From: Psilocybe cubensis
Lineage: Eukaryota
DNA: 64,000 nucleotides
Reading direction: 5' to 3'
NCBI GenBank assembly: GCA_017499595.2
Contig: CM039010.1
Coordinates: 558,001 to 622,000, forward strand
Shown here one piece after another: positions 1 through 13,214 of this stretch. How positions within the stretch are numbered: the first letter of the stretch is position 1; each line of letters begins with the position of its first letter. Below the pieces are notes generated by a model. The model saw nothing but the letters and a program-made list of their open reading frames with translations, was not told the origin of the DNA and made no database searches. The position numbers were made by a program, and so were the translations under genes.

Positions 1-1789
1 ACTGGGTCTGGAGATTGGGAGACCCAGCTGATAGGATGAAATAATTATCAGCCAAATAGTCGTTCAATACAATGCGAAATGAATGGGAGAACATACTCCG
101 CCATCATGTCTGACCAGCCTTCTCCCAAACCCGAGGAATACAGGCTGCCCAGGCAGTCCGCTGTTCCACCACCTGTCAAACGATTAGTAATGCCGTGTGT
201 AGCTTCGTGGACAAGCATCGAGTTGTCCATGTCCGTATCACGCCTAACCTAAAATACAGGAAGACAGTAGTTAGCAATAAGCTAGACAGTCATAGCATAT
301 GCCCTAACCGCATTTCCTGGGCCCGTGAATAGGTAAGTACTACATTCAGGTGATTGTCCCCTAACAATCTCAGGAGTTAGAGATGCCGAGAGAGGGTAAC
401 TGATAAATCATACTCGGGAGGTGTAGCGAATTGCGCGGTATTGAAATTTCTCGTATCTTGAACTGTTAAAAGAACAGGGTCGCCACCAACACCACCCAAT
501 CCAAAATTGTTCACCTGAAAGTTAAACGCCTTCTCATCAAATCCATACATGTAAGCGAAGTCGTGGACTGAGTTCATGACATAAAATGCGTTAACTGCTC
601 CAGCCTGCGGATTGGTGCCATTGAGAGGGTCAACAGTTGTGTTGTAAAAATAGACGAAGTTCGTCGGAGCAGAGGTTTGGTGAATCGGAAGTTTGGTGAC
701 GTAGCTGGAAGCAATGACATTGTTGCCACTATAGTAAACAGGGATTTCTGTCAAACGGCATCATAAGCGGAATAAAAAACTCAAGAAGTCTTACGAGGTG
801 GTATTGGTCAAGGGGCCCCCCGTGGAGTGCCATCCAAGGGGTGATGCGTCCAAGTCTGCTAACGTGTACAGTTGTAATTGACCTGGTCCCTCGGTGATTG
901 ATTGTATCGTTATGAAAAGCGCTTCCATCTAAAAATCAACTCGTTTTCTGAATAAAGAGGGGTGCATATAGCATAAAAGAAACTTACAAATAAGTGGGAC
1001 ACGAAGTTTGAGGCAGACACTAATTTTCCAGAGTGGGCATCGATATGTGCTTGATACCATGTCCCCTTGTCCGCGTTTTTAATCTGGATAACGTGGGTAA
1101 GTGCAATTGATCCATCTGGTTGGACAAAATATTCAAGGTATGGAGGGTGACCGTTGTGGGTACCGTCCAAGCTTTTTTCGGCGCTTGTAATGGCAGAGGC
1201 CAGCGAAATAGATGGAGTCGAAGACGCAATCTTGTCTTTGAGAGAGAAGTTGAAGGTAATTGGAGAGGTACTAGACTAAGGATGACACACCAACTGGAAC
1301 AAAAGATGACCCAAATGCCACGACCTTTCCCTTCTTCAATGCCACATTTCCTACAGCGTTAGAGAAGGTGATATTGTTCTAGCAAGTGATTGAAGCTCAA
1401 TTATATATAAACCACAAGTTAAGGAACCCTCACATGTGCCTGCTTGACGTAGGCATGGTCGACAATATCAGAGGAATAGCCACTGTGGTATACCACCTCA
1501 TGCGCATGTAGTCCCAATTTGGCCTGGACAAAAGAGATGGCAGTACTATCGACGCTCCTCCTTCTACCGGATACTGGAGCCTCGACACCCTCCCCATACA
1601 CCTAATTTTGCGCAAATATTCAGTACACGTCAATTGGTAGGTAATACCTGTTTGCACCTCATAATGGACTTTTGGGTGGAATGATTTCCTAATATCTTGA
1701 GGAATGGGGGCATCTCCATACGAAATGGAAGCCTTAGTTAAGGAGAGAAGCGACACAGTTACAAACGAGAGAAGGGAGAAAAAATTCAT
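1..1789 (-). CDS. Extracellular metalloprotease, fungalysin (peptidase M36); 3' end runs off the window start
   Basis: Hydrophobic signal peptide MNFFSLLSFVTVSLLSLTKA. Propeptide segments HAYVKQAH and WYQAHIDAHSGKLVSASNFV. Mature-domain motifs NAFYVMNSVHDFAYMYGFDEKAFNFQ, zinc site HEATHGITNRLTGGG and GLGEGWSD. Exons join in frame through GT-AG introns. Confidence 0.93.
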
Positions 1790-2969
1790 CTTTGGTTGTC
1801 AGGAAAGAGGGAAATCAAGGGGTGCTCGACAAGAAGACTACTTGAAGATGCACCTTTGACAGAGGCTTTATATGTAATGCTTAGACAAACCCAGCGCCAA
1901 CGATAAAATGATTTCATGAGATAAGAGGCGCCGTTCTTCGATTCTTGAGTTGATCATCGACCTAAGAATGCGTAAAAAGAATCAGAATTTATCTGCTTCT
2001 TACGCCGACCCAGATGGAAAGGTTCCAATGCCTGATCTAACAGGCTCACCTTCTTTGTGGCAAGGCCGAATTGATAAGGTGCTTTCTACGGATCTGAAGT
2101 TCGTGGTTCAGAACTCAGAGCCAGTTCTAAAACCAGTTTGTCATTTTAGAACAAATTGACTAGGTGGGTCAAGAACTTGTTCCCGACCATATGTTGCTGT
2201 AAATCTTGTCAATGCATTAAAAACCGGGACAGGTGAGGATTTGTTCATGAAAATGGCATCAAGCTTCGGTTTGATAAGCTTTTTATATGTGCGTATCCAA
2301 GGTACCTCAAAAAGTAAAGGAAGGAGCTGAAGGAAGACAATTTCGAAGGCTTTTTTGCTGGTTTTAGTCATATGTGCTTTGCGTGGGAAAAAATTGTGAA
2401 CTTGGAGATTGAACGGACCAATCTCCAAGTTTTCAGCACCTTGAACCTGACAATTGTGTAGTACAAAAGACAAAGTCGCGCACGATCGCCATCGAGTACG
2501 ACAACCTCTTTGCAGACGACCTTTCCTCTAAAGACCTGGCTACGATACCTCAACCGTTGGTCACTTCCGAGCCGGAGTCAAAGTCAAACCTTCATTGTTA
2601 CGCAACTCGACTTAATGTTGGCAGTCTCAGAGAACTTGACAGGTCTACTGGCTGCTCAGAGGGAAGGGCGTATATGAGACTCCCAGGCTGTGTATTTCCA
2701 TGCCTTCATTCCTGTTGCCGATGTTTTTTTTGCAAGGTTTCGGCCAGAGAATTTGTTATTTTCTGCTATCAACGGACTCATATATTCCACCGGTGAGTTC
2801 CTCTCAGAGTTTACCATGTTGTGTCTGATTTATTAAAGTTCTATGAGTTAGTATTTAGAACTATTTCCATGAACCTGTGACTATATCATGCTTCCCACCG
2901 GGCCGTTGTTAATGCTATAAGAGCACTATGGTAAGAAACCTCCAGCCTCGTCATGTCAAAACAGCAGCG

Positions 2970-4182
2970 ATGGCCACGGACACAGAAAGAGTACCCAAAC
3001 AGCCTATCCACCCATCAGTTATAGCGAGATTAGACCCCGAGTATCTCGAATTTCACAACAAGCACCTTCTCTATCTAACGCCGCCCCATACTCTGCCATG
3101 GGATCCTTCTATTCGGAGCGGACCAGCAGTTCCTGGGTCTTCCGAGCCTCTCAAGGTTGGCAAGACTGAAGATTTTGACTTGCCGCACACCAAGTTCAGG
3201 GCGTTTACGCCAGAAGGCCCGCCACCGGTTAATGGGTGGCCTGTGTTCATATTCTTTCATGGAGGTTCGTAAAAATTCAAACTATAGTAATAATTGTATA
3301 CTACTCATGATCATGTTCACGTTTAGGTGGCTGGACTTTAGGCAATATCGGAAGCGAGAATGCCTTTTGTACCAACTTGTGTGTTCGTGCGTATTGGTTC
3401 TTAACCGCGGAAATGAGCGATGAATTGACTCTTTTACGACAGGTGCGAAGTGCGTAGTGATCACGGTTGATTACCGCCTTGCACCCGAGCATCCGTATCC
3501 TACAGCTGTGGAAGATGCAATCGACTCCCTACACTGGGTGATTAACAATGGGAAAGAGAAACTCTCTGTCAACCTCCAGCAAATTGCTGTTGGCGGCTCA
3601 TCAAGGTATAAAACTCTTGCTTTCAATATTTCATTCAAGCTCATGATATCGCAGCGGGGGAAATCTCGCCGCCATTCTGGCTCTCAAAGCCATTGAAATG
3701 CAGCCGCCGATTCCTATCATCTTCCAGTTGCTGATAGTTCCGGTGACCGACAACACAGCGTCCGTTGAAGATTCATGGGCAGAGAATGCACTCACTCCGT
3801 GGCTTTCCCCTGGGCGGATGATGTGGTTCCGCCACAATTACCTCCCGAACAAAGAGGATTGGACTAAATGGGACGCGTCGCCCCTTTTCGCACCCGAACA
3901 CTTGATCAAACAGCTTCCTAGGACATGGATCGCCGTCAATGAGCTTGACATTTTACGCGATGAGGGCATCCAATACGGAGAAAAGCTGAAGGCGGCTGGA
4001 GCCGCGGTACACATTGAGCTGTATAAGGGCGCCCCACATCCGATCATGGCAATGGATGGTATGCCTGACAATGTTCCATGATGATCAGGCGTTTCTGACT
4101 ACGATCCATAGGCGTGCTTAAGATTGGGAAGAAGCTGGTTTCTGACGCGGTCGATGCTTTGAAGAATGCTTTTGATACATGA
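2970..4182 (+). CDS. Alpha/beta hydrolase, hormone-sensitive-lipase family esterase/lipase (5 exons)
   Basis: FFHGGGW oxyanion motif (split by intron 1), VDYRLAPEHPYP, nucleophile elbow GGSSSGGN (split by an intron), ELDILRDEG (catalytic Asp) and GAPH (catalytic His). Stop TGA at 4180-4182. Confidence 0.92.
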
Positions 4183-6076
4183 GCCTGCAAGATCTTGGTT
4201 GGTGAGCTCCGAATAATTTAAAATAAATTTGCGCTTTGAATCGTTGCCATGATATTGGCGGAAGCACTGTCTCTTTTTTTGGACACAGGAAATGAGACTG
4301 TTCGATCCTTCAAGTTGTAGTCTTTGCGTAAGAAACGCAGCCTAACACCCCAACGGGAATAAAGGCTGACCAGGCACACTATCCGTCAATTTTTTTCGCT
4401 CACGCTTCTTTCCCACCACCGCCGTTCCGTCGATGACCGTTAGATGTATTTATACCAAGGAACATTCAAGCGTTCGCAGCGATAAGGTCGCCGCACTATT
4501 CTCCTTTCAGGTTCCTTCCAAATCACAATTCACTGCAAGAGTAGGACTTTACGCGAAATATCACATTTCTTGCCAGAGCATGCCATTCCATAGAAAACGG
4601 AAGCCAGACAAATGCCACGCCAAAGCGAAGTAAACAGCTCTGAAAAGGTATCTTCAAACGCATATTTTCATCCATTTGTTTTGCTGTGTGATTAGTTATA
4701 CCGCAGCATTGGCTTCCTTTGTATCGGAACCATCTGCACCTGAGTCTGTAACGCCTGTTCCAAAACAATACGCAGTATGTGACCGTACAGTTCCCTCAAA
4801 ACTTGCTTAATCTACCCTGATAAGGCCTCTCCAATTACGCCTGATTGTGATATCGATCAATCTCCCCGCGCTCGCTCCCCCGGCCCCCACTGTTATGAAT
4901 GAATGTGTTGTCTATATCATCTAAATGCTAACCCCCAATATCAATTTCCCTGTTCCCCCCTAGAGTCAGCTGGACGCGACAGGGAGCGCAATCTTGGCCT
5001 TTGTCAACACCATCGCGTAGATCCTTTTATCTCTGCGCCCTGTCGAGACGTCGCCTCTGGTATCCCTCCGTCTCAAACGCTGAGTTCGGCGTCACCAATC
5101 CGACGCCGGTCCCGCAACCCAACCCGAATCAGTCTTCTCGCAGTAGCTGGATCTGTCCAAGGTTAGCACAAAGGAATCCAAGATCTTCTATACCTTGTCG
5201 TTTACCTCGCGCAAGGGTGCACAAAGAGTTGATGGTGTTTCCCACATTTTCCCTCCCTTTCGCATTCATATTCCCATTTTCATACATCTTGCTATATTAC
5301 GCATTGGGATAGAAAATAGAGGGCGCGCTACGCGCCTTGGCAAATGATGTATCTCAAGTGGCTGACAGTCCTGTCGCAGCCTGTCGCTCAGACTTGCGGT
5401 TCCGAGAGGCAGCCAGGTACGTCAAGGCCCCTCCTCATTTGGCATTATGCAGGACCCTGAAGATGAAAGCGACCACTAAAAAGATTTTGTGGATCACACA
5501 GACAAATGACGATGTCCCTAAACATTCGGTTCTGGATCCGAAGGTATAGGCGATAAAGGATGCCTTTGACAAGCTCCCTGATGGTAAGACGGATCCGAGG
5601 ATGGGGTTTGTACGAAGTCCTCCCCCGTTTGGGCCTAATTAGCTCGGAAGTTAACAAAGACAGTGAGCAGATGGACTGGGCAGGGAAGACATAACATTTT
5701 GTGGCATAAAATTGTATCTAACAGAAGCAAAAGAAACTTTTTTTTCATGTTTCAAAGTTCTAAAAAGATGGGCAAAGAGCAAAGGCATAAAAGGCATGAG
5801 GGAGAACCATTACAAAAAAAAATTAAGAGGTATGATAGCGAAGCAATTACAAAACAAAACACGATAGATAAACGATAAATAGGCAGCGAATTTGGAAAAG
5901 AGATATGTTGAGAAAACTCATCTATAAAATAGGGAAATACTTGAGGCTTGCTCGAGTTCATGAGGGTATCTGGCCTGATGCGAGATTCCGTGTTTTTTTG
6001 AGTTTGTTTCCAGTGGGGTATCCAATGGGACTTCGAAAAGAAAATGTCGAAGAAAAAAATAGGAAAGGACGTTCTT

Positions 6077-7210
6077 CTAAAGTTCGTTCCATTTACCGAG
6101 CAGGTCGCTCAGAATGCGGGTGACGGCACCCGCGCCTTCCCTGACTCTCTCTCGTTCGTTCAAGTCGACGATGAGAGCCAGGTATTTGGTGTCGAAGCGA
6201 TCCGGATGCCACCTGCGTAGCAGCTCCTTGAGCCTGTCCTTTACCACAGGCCGATCGCGTATGTTGAGCGGAGCGAAGATGTACTCGACAACGGCTTCCG
6301 TTGTAAGGTCTTCCTTCCGCTTCGGCGTTGAGAGGCTCAGCACTGGCCAGGGGAAATCGGACCACTGGAGGTGCGGAAGCCGCGAGAGCATGTTCCATCG
6401 CTGCTCGTGGAACATGACAAGGTCGACTGCGTCTTGCTCGCTTATTCGTCGACGGGATTGGGCGGCCTCAAAGGAGGCCTCCGTAGGTGAAAGCACGTCC
6501 TGATCGGACGCAGACGTGGCGGAAGAGTTGGAGCTCATGTCTTCGGCCCACCCTTGCTGACTGATCCAGCGTTCGTTCTTTTTGCGCTGCATAATAGCTT
6601 CGGCGCGCTTGTGAAATTCTTCTTGGAGTTTCGCTTGCTTTTCGGCGCGGAGACGCGCTTCCTCGTCGATTGGAGATTGGACAGGAGGTATTGGGGCGGG
6701 GATTGGCGGAGAAGTGGAGGTGTAATAATCGTCATGGGCCCCCAAATGAGGGGACGCGTGGATGGGAATCGGAGACAAAGGTTCGTCAAAAATTGTCGAG
6801 GAAGATCCTTGTTGGAAATAGGGCGTGTTGCATTCTTCATCTACCACCGCGCGGCTCATGGACTGTTGGCGGATTTGATTGAGAATAGCGATCTGTTCTT
6901 CCACCACAGACTGGTCGGCATTCTCAGGGTGCATCCACGGTGCCCGGAGATTTTCTTGCCTCTGCCGCTCCTCCTGCTCGATCATCGCCCTCAACTCTTC
7001 CTCCGCCATGTATTGCAAATTTTCAAGGTTCTGCCTATGGTCCAATTCCATCCGGTATCGAGCATCAGAGCTTGCTGAGGTGTTCTCAGAAAGCCTTTTT
7101 TTGTAAGCCATATTGGTTTCCTGAATTACGCAGTCAAGATTGTGCATGACGCGGTCTCGCAGTTGGGTTTTCCATAATAGATCAGGGTCTTCTTCGAAGA
7201 TAAGAGGCAT
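6077..7210 (-). CDS. Intronless hypothetical protein (377 aa) with coiled-coil and Pro/Ser-rich segments and a C-terminal WHPDRF (J-domain-like, NFKBIL1 C-terminus-like) module
   Basis: Long open ORF with coding-like composition. The C-terminus LQWSDFPWP...KDRLKELLRRWHPDRF resembles a conserved basidiomycete family (recognised from memory, not searched). Confidence 0.75.
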   Translation of the reverse strand: MPLIFEEDPDLLWKTQLRDRVMHNLDCVIQETNMAYKKRLSENTSASSDARYRMELDHRQNLENLQYMAEEELRAMIEQEERQRQENLRAPWMHPENADQSVVEEQIAILNQIRQQSMSRAVVDEECNTPYFQQGSSSTIFDEPLSPIPIHASPHLGAHDDYYTSTSPPIPAPIPPVQSPIDEEARLRAEKQAKLQEEFHKRAEAIMQRKKNERWISQQGWAEDMSSNSSATSASDQDVLSPTEASFEAAQSRRRISEQDAVDLVMFHEQRWNMLSRLPHLQWSDFPWPVLSLSTPKRKEDLTTEAVVEYIFAPLNIRDRPVVKDRLKELLRRWHPDRFDTKYLALIVDLNERERVREGAGAVTRILSDLLGKWNEL

Positions 7211-8455
7211 GTTTTCTGTTCCGATTCGAGAGATATTGGATATATAGGTCCTAGATCACAAACCCTGGTCAATTTTTTTTTTCATCCGGCAACGTGGCAG
7301 ACGAGTCATCGCAGCACATACAAAATTTCCCGCTGAAACGGTGAAGCTTATTATTTTTGAACTAGAGGCATTGTTGGGCAATTTCTAAGGCTAGATGAAA
7401 ATTGCGCTGCCGTACCTTAGAAGACTTAAATAACGATGAGCATAGAATGAAAGAAAGAATGAGAAAGGGTGGCCTATGTGGCCATGAATATAGTGTTCTG
7501 TTTATAGCGCGGGGTCAAGGGTTCTTGGGCGCTAGGGTTTTTGTGTTTGCATTTGCTTGCACCTGCTTGAAACAAATGTCAATGAGATAATGAAATCAAT
7601 TCCCGAGCAAGGAGTATGACGGTTGAAACAGGCTTGGAGCTTGACTTTAACGACACCCACTCAATACACGACAAGCTAATCCAAAAACTTGATGTATCTT
7701 CCTAGAGCTCATGATATCCTCTTACTCGTCGCTGAGGCTGGTCAATGCGAATGAATTGATTGGATGGGCAATCCCTGCCTAAATCCTGGATTTAATGTCC
7801 CTGAGGTTGTTTTCGCGCTCGGACTCGGTTGTTTGTCGGTTTAGAGGCGGCGGAGCATCGCGTTGACGGTTACTTGGCCTCCTCTTCAATCTGGGCTTGA
7901 AATCTCTCAAACGATTATGAAAGCTTTCTCGCGCAAGGAGACTCTGGCAGATCCTACACAAAAGCGAGTAGCTTGTACAAACTATTTCTGAGCCCAAACG
8001 TGATGCGCCCGTGAACTGGTTGCTGGTAACGTAGTCACCGTTCGGGGTAGGTGGGGCATCAATCTACCTGGAGACATGTGCTATGTACCATGGCCCAGGT
8101 CAGGCAGCATGTTGAAGTGTCTCGTCAATATGACCATCTAGTAAGTGGGCACCAAAGATTCCTATGTATTCTATCATACACTGCGCTTGCGTAAAGGTTC
8201 CGAGTGGCTGTGGGTCAATGGAAGATTGAACTGGTTTCTCGGACGGTCTTTGAATAAATCGGTTGAAGTACCATGACCGTTGTTCTCCGCGACGGGCGAA
8301 TATCGTTAGTTACTTGCTGGGACTACTTGTTGGAGTTGACCGTTTATAAAAGAAGGAGCTTGTTATCGCCGTTGGGATTCTCAAAGCCCGTGTCAATCTG
8401 CCGTCAGTGAATCCATGGACCCCTGAGGCGGTGAAATTTGGTTAGCCCTAAGTAT

Positions 8456-8802
8456 CACGCCGGACAAAAATGCTGACCAGTTAGCCTGGGTGTTGTCCTG
8501 ACCAGTGACGTGACTAGTACCGTGACCAATTTCATGGTGTCACACATTATGTTGTCACGCTAATTCATTATTAGTAGGATCAATAGTAAATGACATATTA
8601 CTTGATTGTTTAATATTTCTTCTTACTCCGCACTGAATTACAACGCAAGACAATCAAGTAATTTGCCATTTATTGTCGAGCCTACTAATAATGAATTAGC
8701 GTGACAACATATGTGTGACACTATGTAATTGGTCACGGTACTAGTCACGTCACTGGTCAGGACAACACCCAGGCTAACTGGTCAGCATTTTTGTCCGGCG
8801 TG
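8456..8802. mobile_element. Non-autonomous fold-back element (MITE-like), 347 bp, CAC...GTG termini, 3-bp TAT target-site duplication
   Basis: 8456-8531 is the exact reverse complement of 8727-8802 (76 bp). Pairing continues with a few mismatches and one indel to about 8608/8650, leaving a spacer of about 40 bp. TAT flanks both ends (8453-8455 and 8803-8805). No ORF. Confidence 0.85.
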
Positions 8803-11263
8803 TATAGTTTTGCCAACATACTTAACTTCAAGTTGATTTTCATGTTCTATTTTTACTTCTCGTGCTAGAAGACAGTCAAACTTCATTTCAAGCTTCTGAC
8901 AGACAAGCTAATGATCATGATCCACAGATTCTTCCAAAACATTATGCGTTTAATGGCTGTAAATCCACACGTGTGGTTTGTACTTTCTGCAGCTATGCCA
9001 CAGAGGCTGTTTCCCGGTTTTTGCGGACCGCGCACATCTGGTAAACGACTGACGAAGTGAGGTGGCCCCGAGGCTCGCTCATGTCACATGTGCAGCGTTC
9101 GAGAACATGGATGTATGCTCAGCATTCGTATATCGAATTCTGATGGCTTAGCACCTACCTATTTCGCCAATTCCAAGGCCTAGGTATGGAGTTGAAAGAA
9201 GCCCTTACATATCGTGGTTTTTTCTGTATGTACAACTTCTTTTTAACGCTTATCTTTTGAAAACCCCAAATGTCTCGAAGACCCCACTGATTTCTTATGC
9301 TCTTGGATGCTATGGAAGTCAGTATTGTGGGCCAGAGTGAATGAACAATGATTTCTAGCTTTATAGCCACCGCTACTCTACTACACCCTCCAAGCTTTTG
9401 GATTACAAGAAATTGGCATTGCAGACGACTTATGCTCTCGGAATTCGGGACAGGTATAAATGGCCCTTTTTCTCTTCAAACGGAGATGAGGGAGGGCGCA
9501 GATACTTGACAACTCTTCCCTTATAAGACAATCCCCGTCTTGTGTATTTCGCCAAAAGCGCACGGAACCGAAACATAATTTCAGGACCACACAGATAGGC
9601 GTCAACAGACTTTGATTGGAGTTCAGGACTTGTATCACAAGAAGGTACATCGTCATTGTTCTCATAGCCATTCGGATAACAAAAAGAAATTGGTACCTTG
9701 TCTGCTTCTCCTGGCTAGATTCACGTTCTGAATAGGCTTGGAAATACAGTGGCTCTCGGCGTCTAGTCCCCTGCACAATATTTTCCATTTTGTCGATATG
9801 AGCAACCAATTAGAGGTAAGACTGTGGATGATATGTAGAGCCAGATGTACTATCTTCGAAACTGCGGCGAATTCGGTTCATGGCTTTCCTTAATGTTAAT
9901 AACGTACCACAAAAAGCTCAAAAATAATGCAAGGATGACAGAATACCGTCGGGCGAATCGTTTGCATAGACCGAGACGGTGGTCCGTTTTGAGCTCAAAG
10001 TGCGCTGTCATTGGCTCGGCTGCATGCACTCCACCGTTTCTTCTCTGGTGAGGTTTTCTCTTCATCTCGTCGGCCTTGCGGTGGTGATTCTCTCAATTGA
10101 TGCTAGCCTAGGATGTCGCAGATACTGTCAGTGCGGTGTTCATAATCAATCAGACAGCGGAAAATCAGTATTATCCTTGATTTTATCGCTACAGCGTGTC
10201 AATGATAAGATATTACATTACGACAGGGAATGCCGTGAGCGAGTGTGTCGTACCACATGGAGAGAGCTGCCCTTTAAAAGTGTTCTGGCGGGTGAGCTAA
10301 TTGATATAGTAAATTGCTGCTGGCAAGGAGCTAAAACCAGGTCCCAGCCGACGATTCTGTGCTATTCGTATGTGCATGGTAACTGGCTAACAAACGTTGT
10401 TGAAGTAAAGGAGGCGGCGAAGACTCGTTACTTAGGTCATGCCAGATCGTCCGAACGGTCGAAGCCAGCCTGAAATTGCAGTAATGTTAACTTTCCTTGA
10501 TTTCAATCTGCCGAATGATCTCCGGCCGAATTTGCAGCTCACAACTGCAATTGTTACTGGGATGGCTCTTAATTCAACATCAGACTGCGCACCCTATTTC
10601 TTATGAATGTTTTAATGAATATTCAAGTTGAAGTAGTTTCTCTCAAGTTTCTCTACAAAAAATAAAGGTCGCCGTTTATGGGGTTGGATGGGAGAAATAA
10701 ACAGAGGTAAACAGTTATTCCGGGCAGCACCGAGCCTAGAAACCTTGCCTCAAATTCACAGGCTCCTTCCCGACCACACACCAAGCTTCTATCAGAACCT
10801 ATATGGATGTAGGTCAAGGCTCCATCTGATTGATAAGGTAGCAGCTACATACTGAAGACATTCGCTGTCTCTAGTGATTATAACCAGTCGAACTCTGGGC
10901 GAAAGCGAGACAGCAAGGGTCCGATGCCAATTACCTCATTTTTTATCGATAATCACGGCTATGAGTCTTGCCGTCGCTGTGGGCAGGTGGTGATTTTTTT
11001 TGAGTTGACCAAATTGAAAAGGTTCAACCGGAGATAATCACGATGTGCAAAACGATTTCCGCTTAACCTTTTCAGATTTTGGTCTTGTTTGATTGACAGC
11101 CTGCTATTATGTTGGCTTCCAGGGCAAGTGAGGTCAGGGATGCGATTTTCTGTTTTCATATAAGACAGTTTTCCCCCGGACAGCCGCGAGGGTGGTCATT
11201 CCCTGTTTTGACAGCAGCCAGCCCGTTCTCATTTGCTCATCCTCGACCTCTCCAGACTTCGCC

Positions 11264-13214
11264 ATGCCTTCAAACGATTCGGAGCGGCAGAATAAGGCGA
11301 CGGTGTGTTTAACGGTGGTTGTTGTCGGCGGCGGACTAGCAGGTGCGCCTGAAATAGCAATTCTTCCCAGCAAAGTTGACTGACGCCTGATCGCATCTTG
11401 TGTGAACACATCCAGGTCTAATAGCAGCCTATGCGCTGAGCTGCGCCGGCCACGACGTCACTATAGTAGAGCAAAAGGACAGCAAACCTCAAGTTAGAAT
11501 GCTTCTTCACGTTATGCATGGTGATAGAAAACTGATTCTTTGATTGCCTTGCAGAGCTTCGGCGTGAGTCAGTAAGTCGCTTGGAATATGCTGAATGTTT
11601 TCTTTAGCACTGATACACGTCCCCTAGGTCGCCTCCGAACATGACGAGGATACTCAACCGATGGGGTTTGAAACCGTTGCTGGATCGAGAAGCAGAAAAA
11701 TGCGCATCATTGGTAATGCGGAATGGTAAGTCGCAATAATAGCCTCCTGCTCAATCTACTTCTGGAACTTTTTATGCTATTAGGGCGCAACGGAGACATG
11801 ATTGGAGCGATGCATTTTGACAAAGATTTCCTTCACGACCTCGTTGCTGACTTCCTTTTCCTACGGGTGAGTTCTGTTTTCGTGTAACCTATCGAATTCG
11901 TCTTCTGATTATTTGACAGACGGAGAAGCTAGGAGACTTATTTCAACAATTGGCAGAAGACGAAGGTGTCAATTCAGTCACGGCAACTGTCACAGATATT
12001 CAGACGACTCCTTCAAATGTTACGATAGCCCTCGACAATGGCCAGACACTTTTGAGTGATTTTCTGGTCTGTGCCGATGGATATGACAGCCCATTCCGGC
12101 GTCTTGTCTCGGGAGAGGAAGAACTACATGACCGAAGAACGGCGAGAGCGTACCTGGCGTTAACGTTTATTCTCCCCATGGATCTAGTCTCGCAGGACGA
12201 AGAATTGAAATCCATCATGGACCCAGCTCATGTACGTTTTTCCTGTCTGGTTTATTTGAATTCTTCTCATATACGAATAATTTGGCAGTGGCTAGTTTGG
12301 TTTGGCTCTGGGTTTATCTTCCATACATCAGCCCCTGTGAGTATTTCGGAGATATCATCGATCATCTAGGGCGGAGGTCTAATCAAATCAGGACGGAGGC
12401 AAAAATCTGAGCGGAACTATGCTTTCAAATTACAATAGGGAAATACTACCTGAAGAGGAAGCTTGGACAAATCGACCCCTGGAATATTGGGGCATTGATC
12501 TGGATGCTTTTGAACCTAGGTAAGAGGCTTACCGTTGTGCGCTCAATTCCCCTGGCTAATATATTACGTCCGTATAGAGCTAAACGTCTATTGAGTCTAG
12601 TTCAAGTCGTATCATCAAGAGTTCTTGTCCAAAGACCGTGTATAGACGATCTCGTATGTGAAAATTCGAGAATAGTGCTCGTGGGCGATGCTGCACATCC
12701 AATCCTAGTGAGGACGGCTTTACCAATCTTGATGTAACCCTGGACTAACCCCAACAAGCCCGGTAATAACCAACATATAGGGCTAGCTGTCGAAGACGCG
12801 GAAGCTCTACGGTGTATATTCTCTCGAATTCACGACCGAGATCAGATAGCCGAATTCCTTTCTGCGTATGAAGACATCCGGCTACCTCGTATTACAAGCG
12901 TCGTGAACTATGATGCTACTATGAACATGATGTTGATGCTGCCCGATGGTCCGGAACAGGACCAACGTAACGTACTATTGAGCCAGAGCATGTCGCACGG
13001 CGATTGGGATCATATGGACGAGGCCGAATTTAAGGCGGTATGGGGCCAGGAGTTGGACGTATACACACACGACGCGACCGACCAAGTTGACGATTGGTGG
13101 ACGAAATGGGGAAACATGATGTCGAAGAAACCGCAGCATTCAAGCTCTGCAAGCTCAACATCAATCCCAGTTCTTCACCGGGTATCGTTTATTCAACCTC
13201 ATTCAAATATATAA
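11264..13214 (+). CDS. FAD-dependent monooxygenase (group A, salicylate-hydroxylase-like), copy A, 10 exons, intact
   Basis: VVVVGGGLAG Rossmann motif, LVCADGYDS (DG motif), IVLVGDAAHPIL (GD motif). All exons join in frame, including the 17-nt micro-exon AGCTTCGGCGTGAGTCA. Confidence 0.9.

Noticed and set aside
2141..2553. 110-aa and 61-aa minus-strand ORFs between the fungalysin and the esterase
   Set aside because: No domain and no convincing splice model.
8456..8802. Structured ncRNA or CRISPR-like interpretation of the hairpin
   Set aside because: There is no repeat-spacer periodicity. The TSD and the higher identity at the termini fit a transposon derivative better.
9381..10473. ORFs of 142 aa (9381-9809, -) and 164 aa (9979-10473, +)
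   Set aside because: Non-ATG starts, no recognisable motifs and no coding-like composition; probably chance ORFs.
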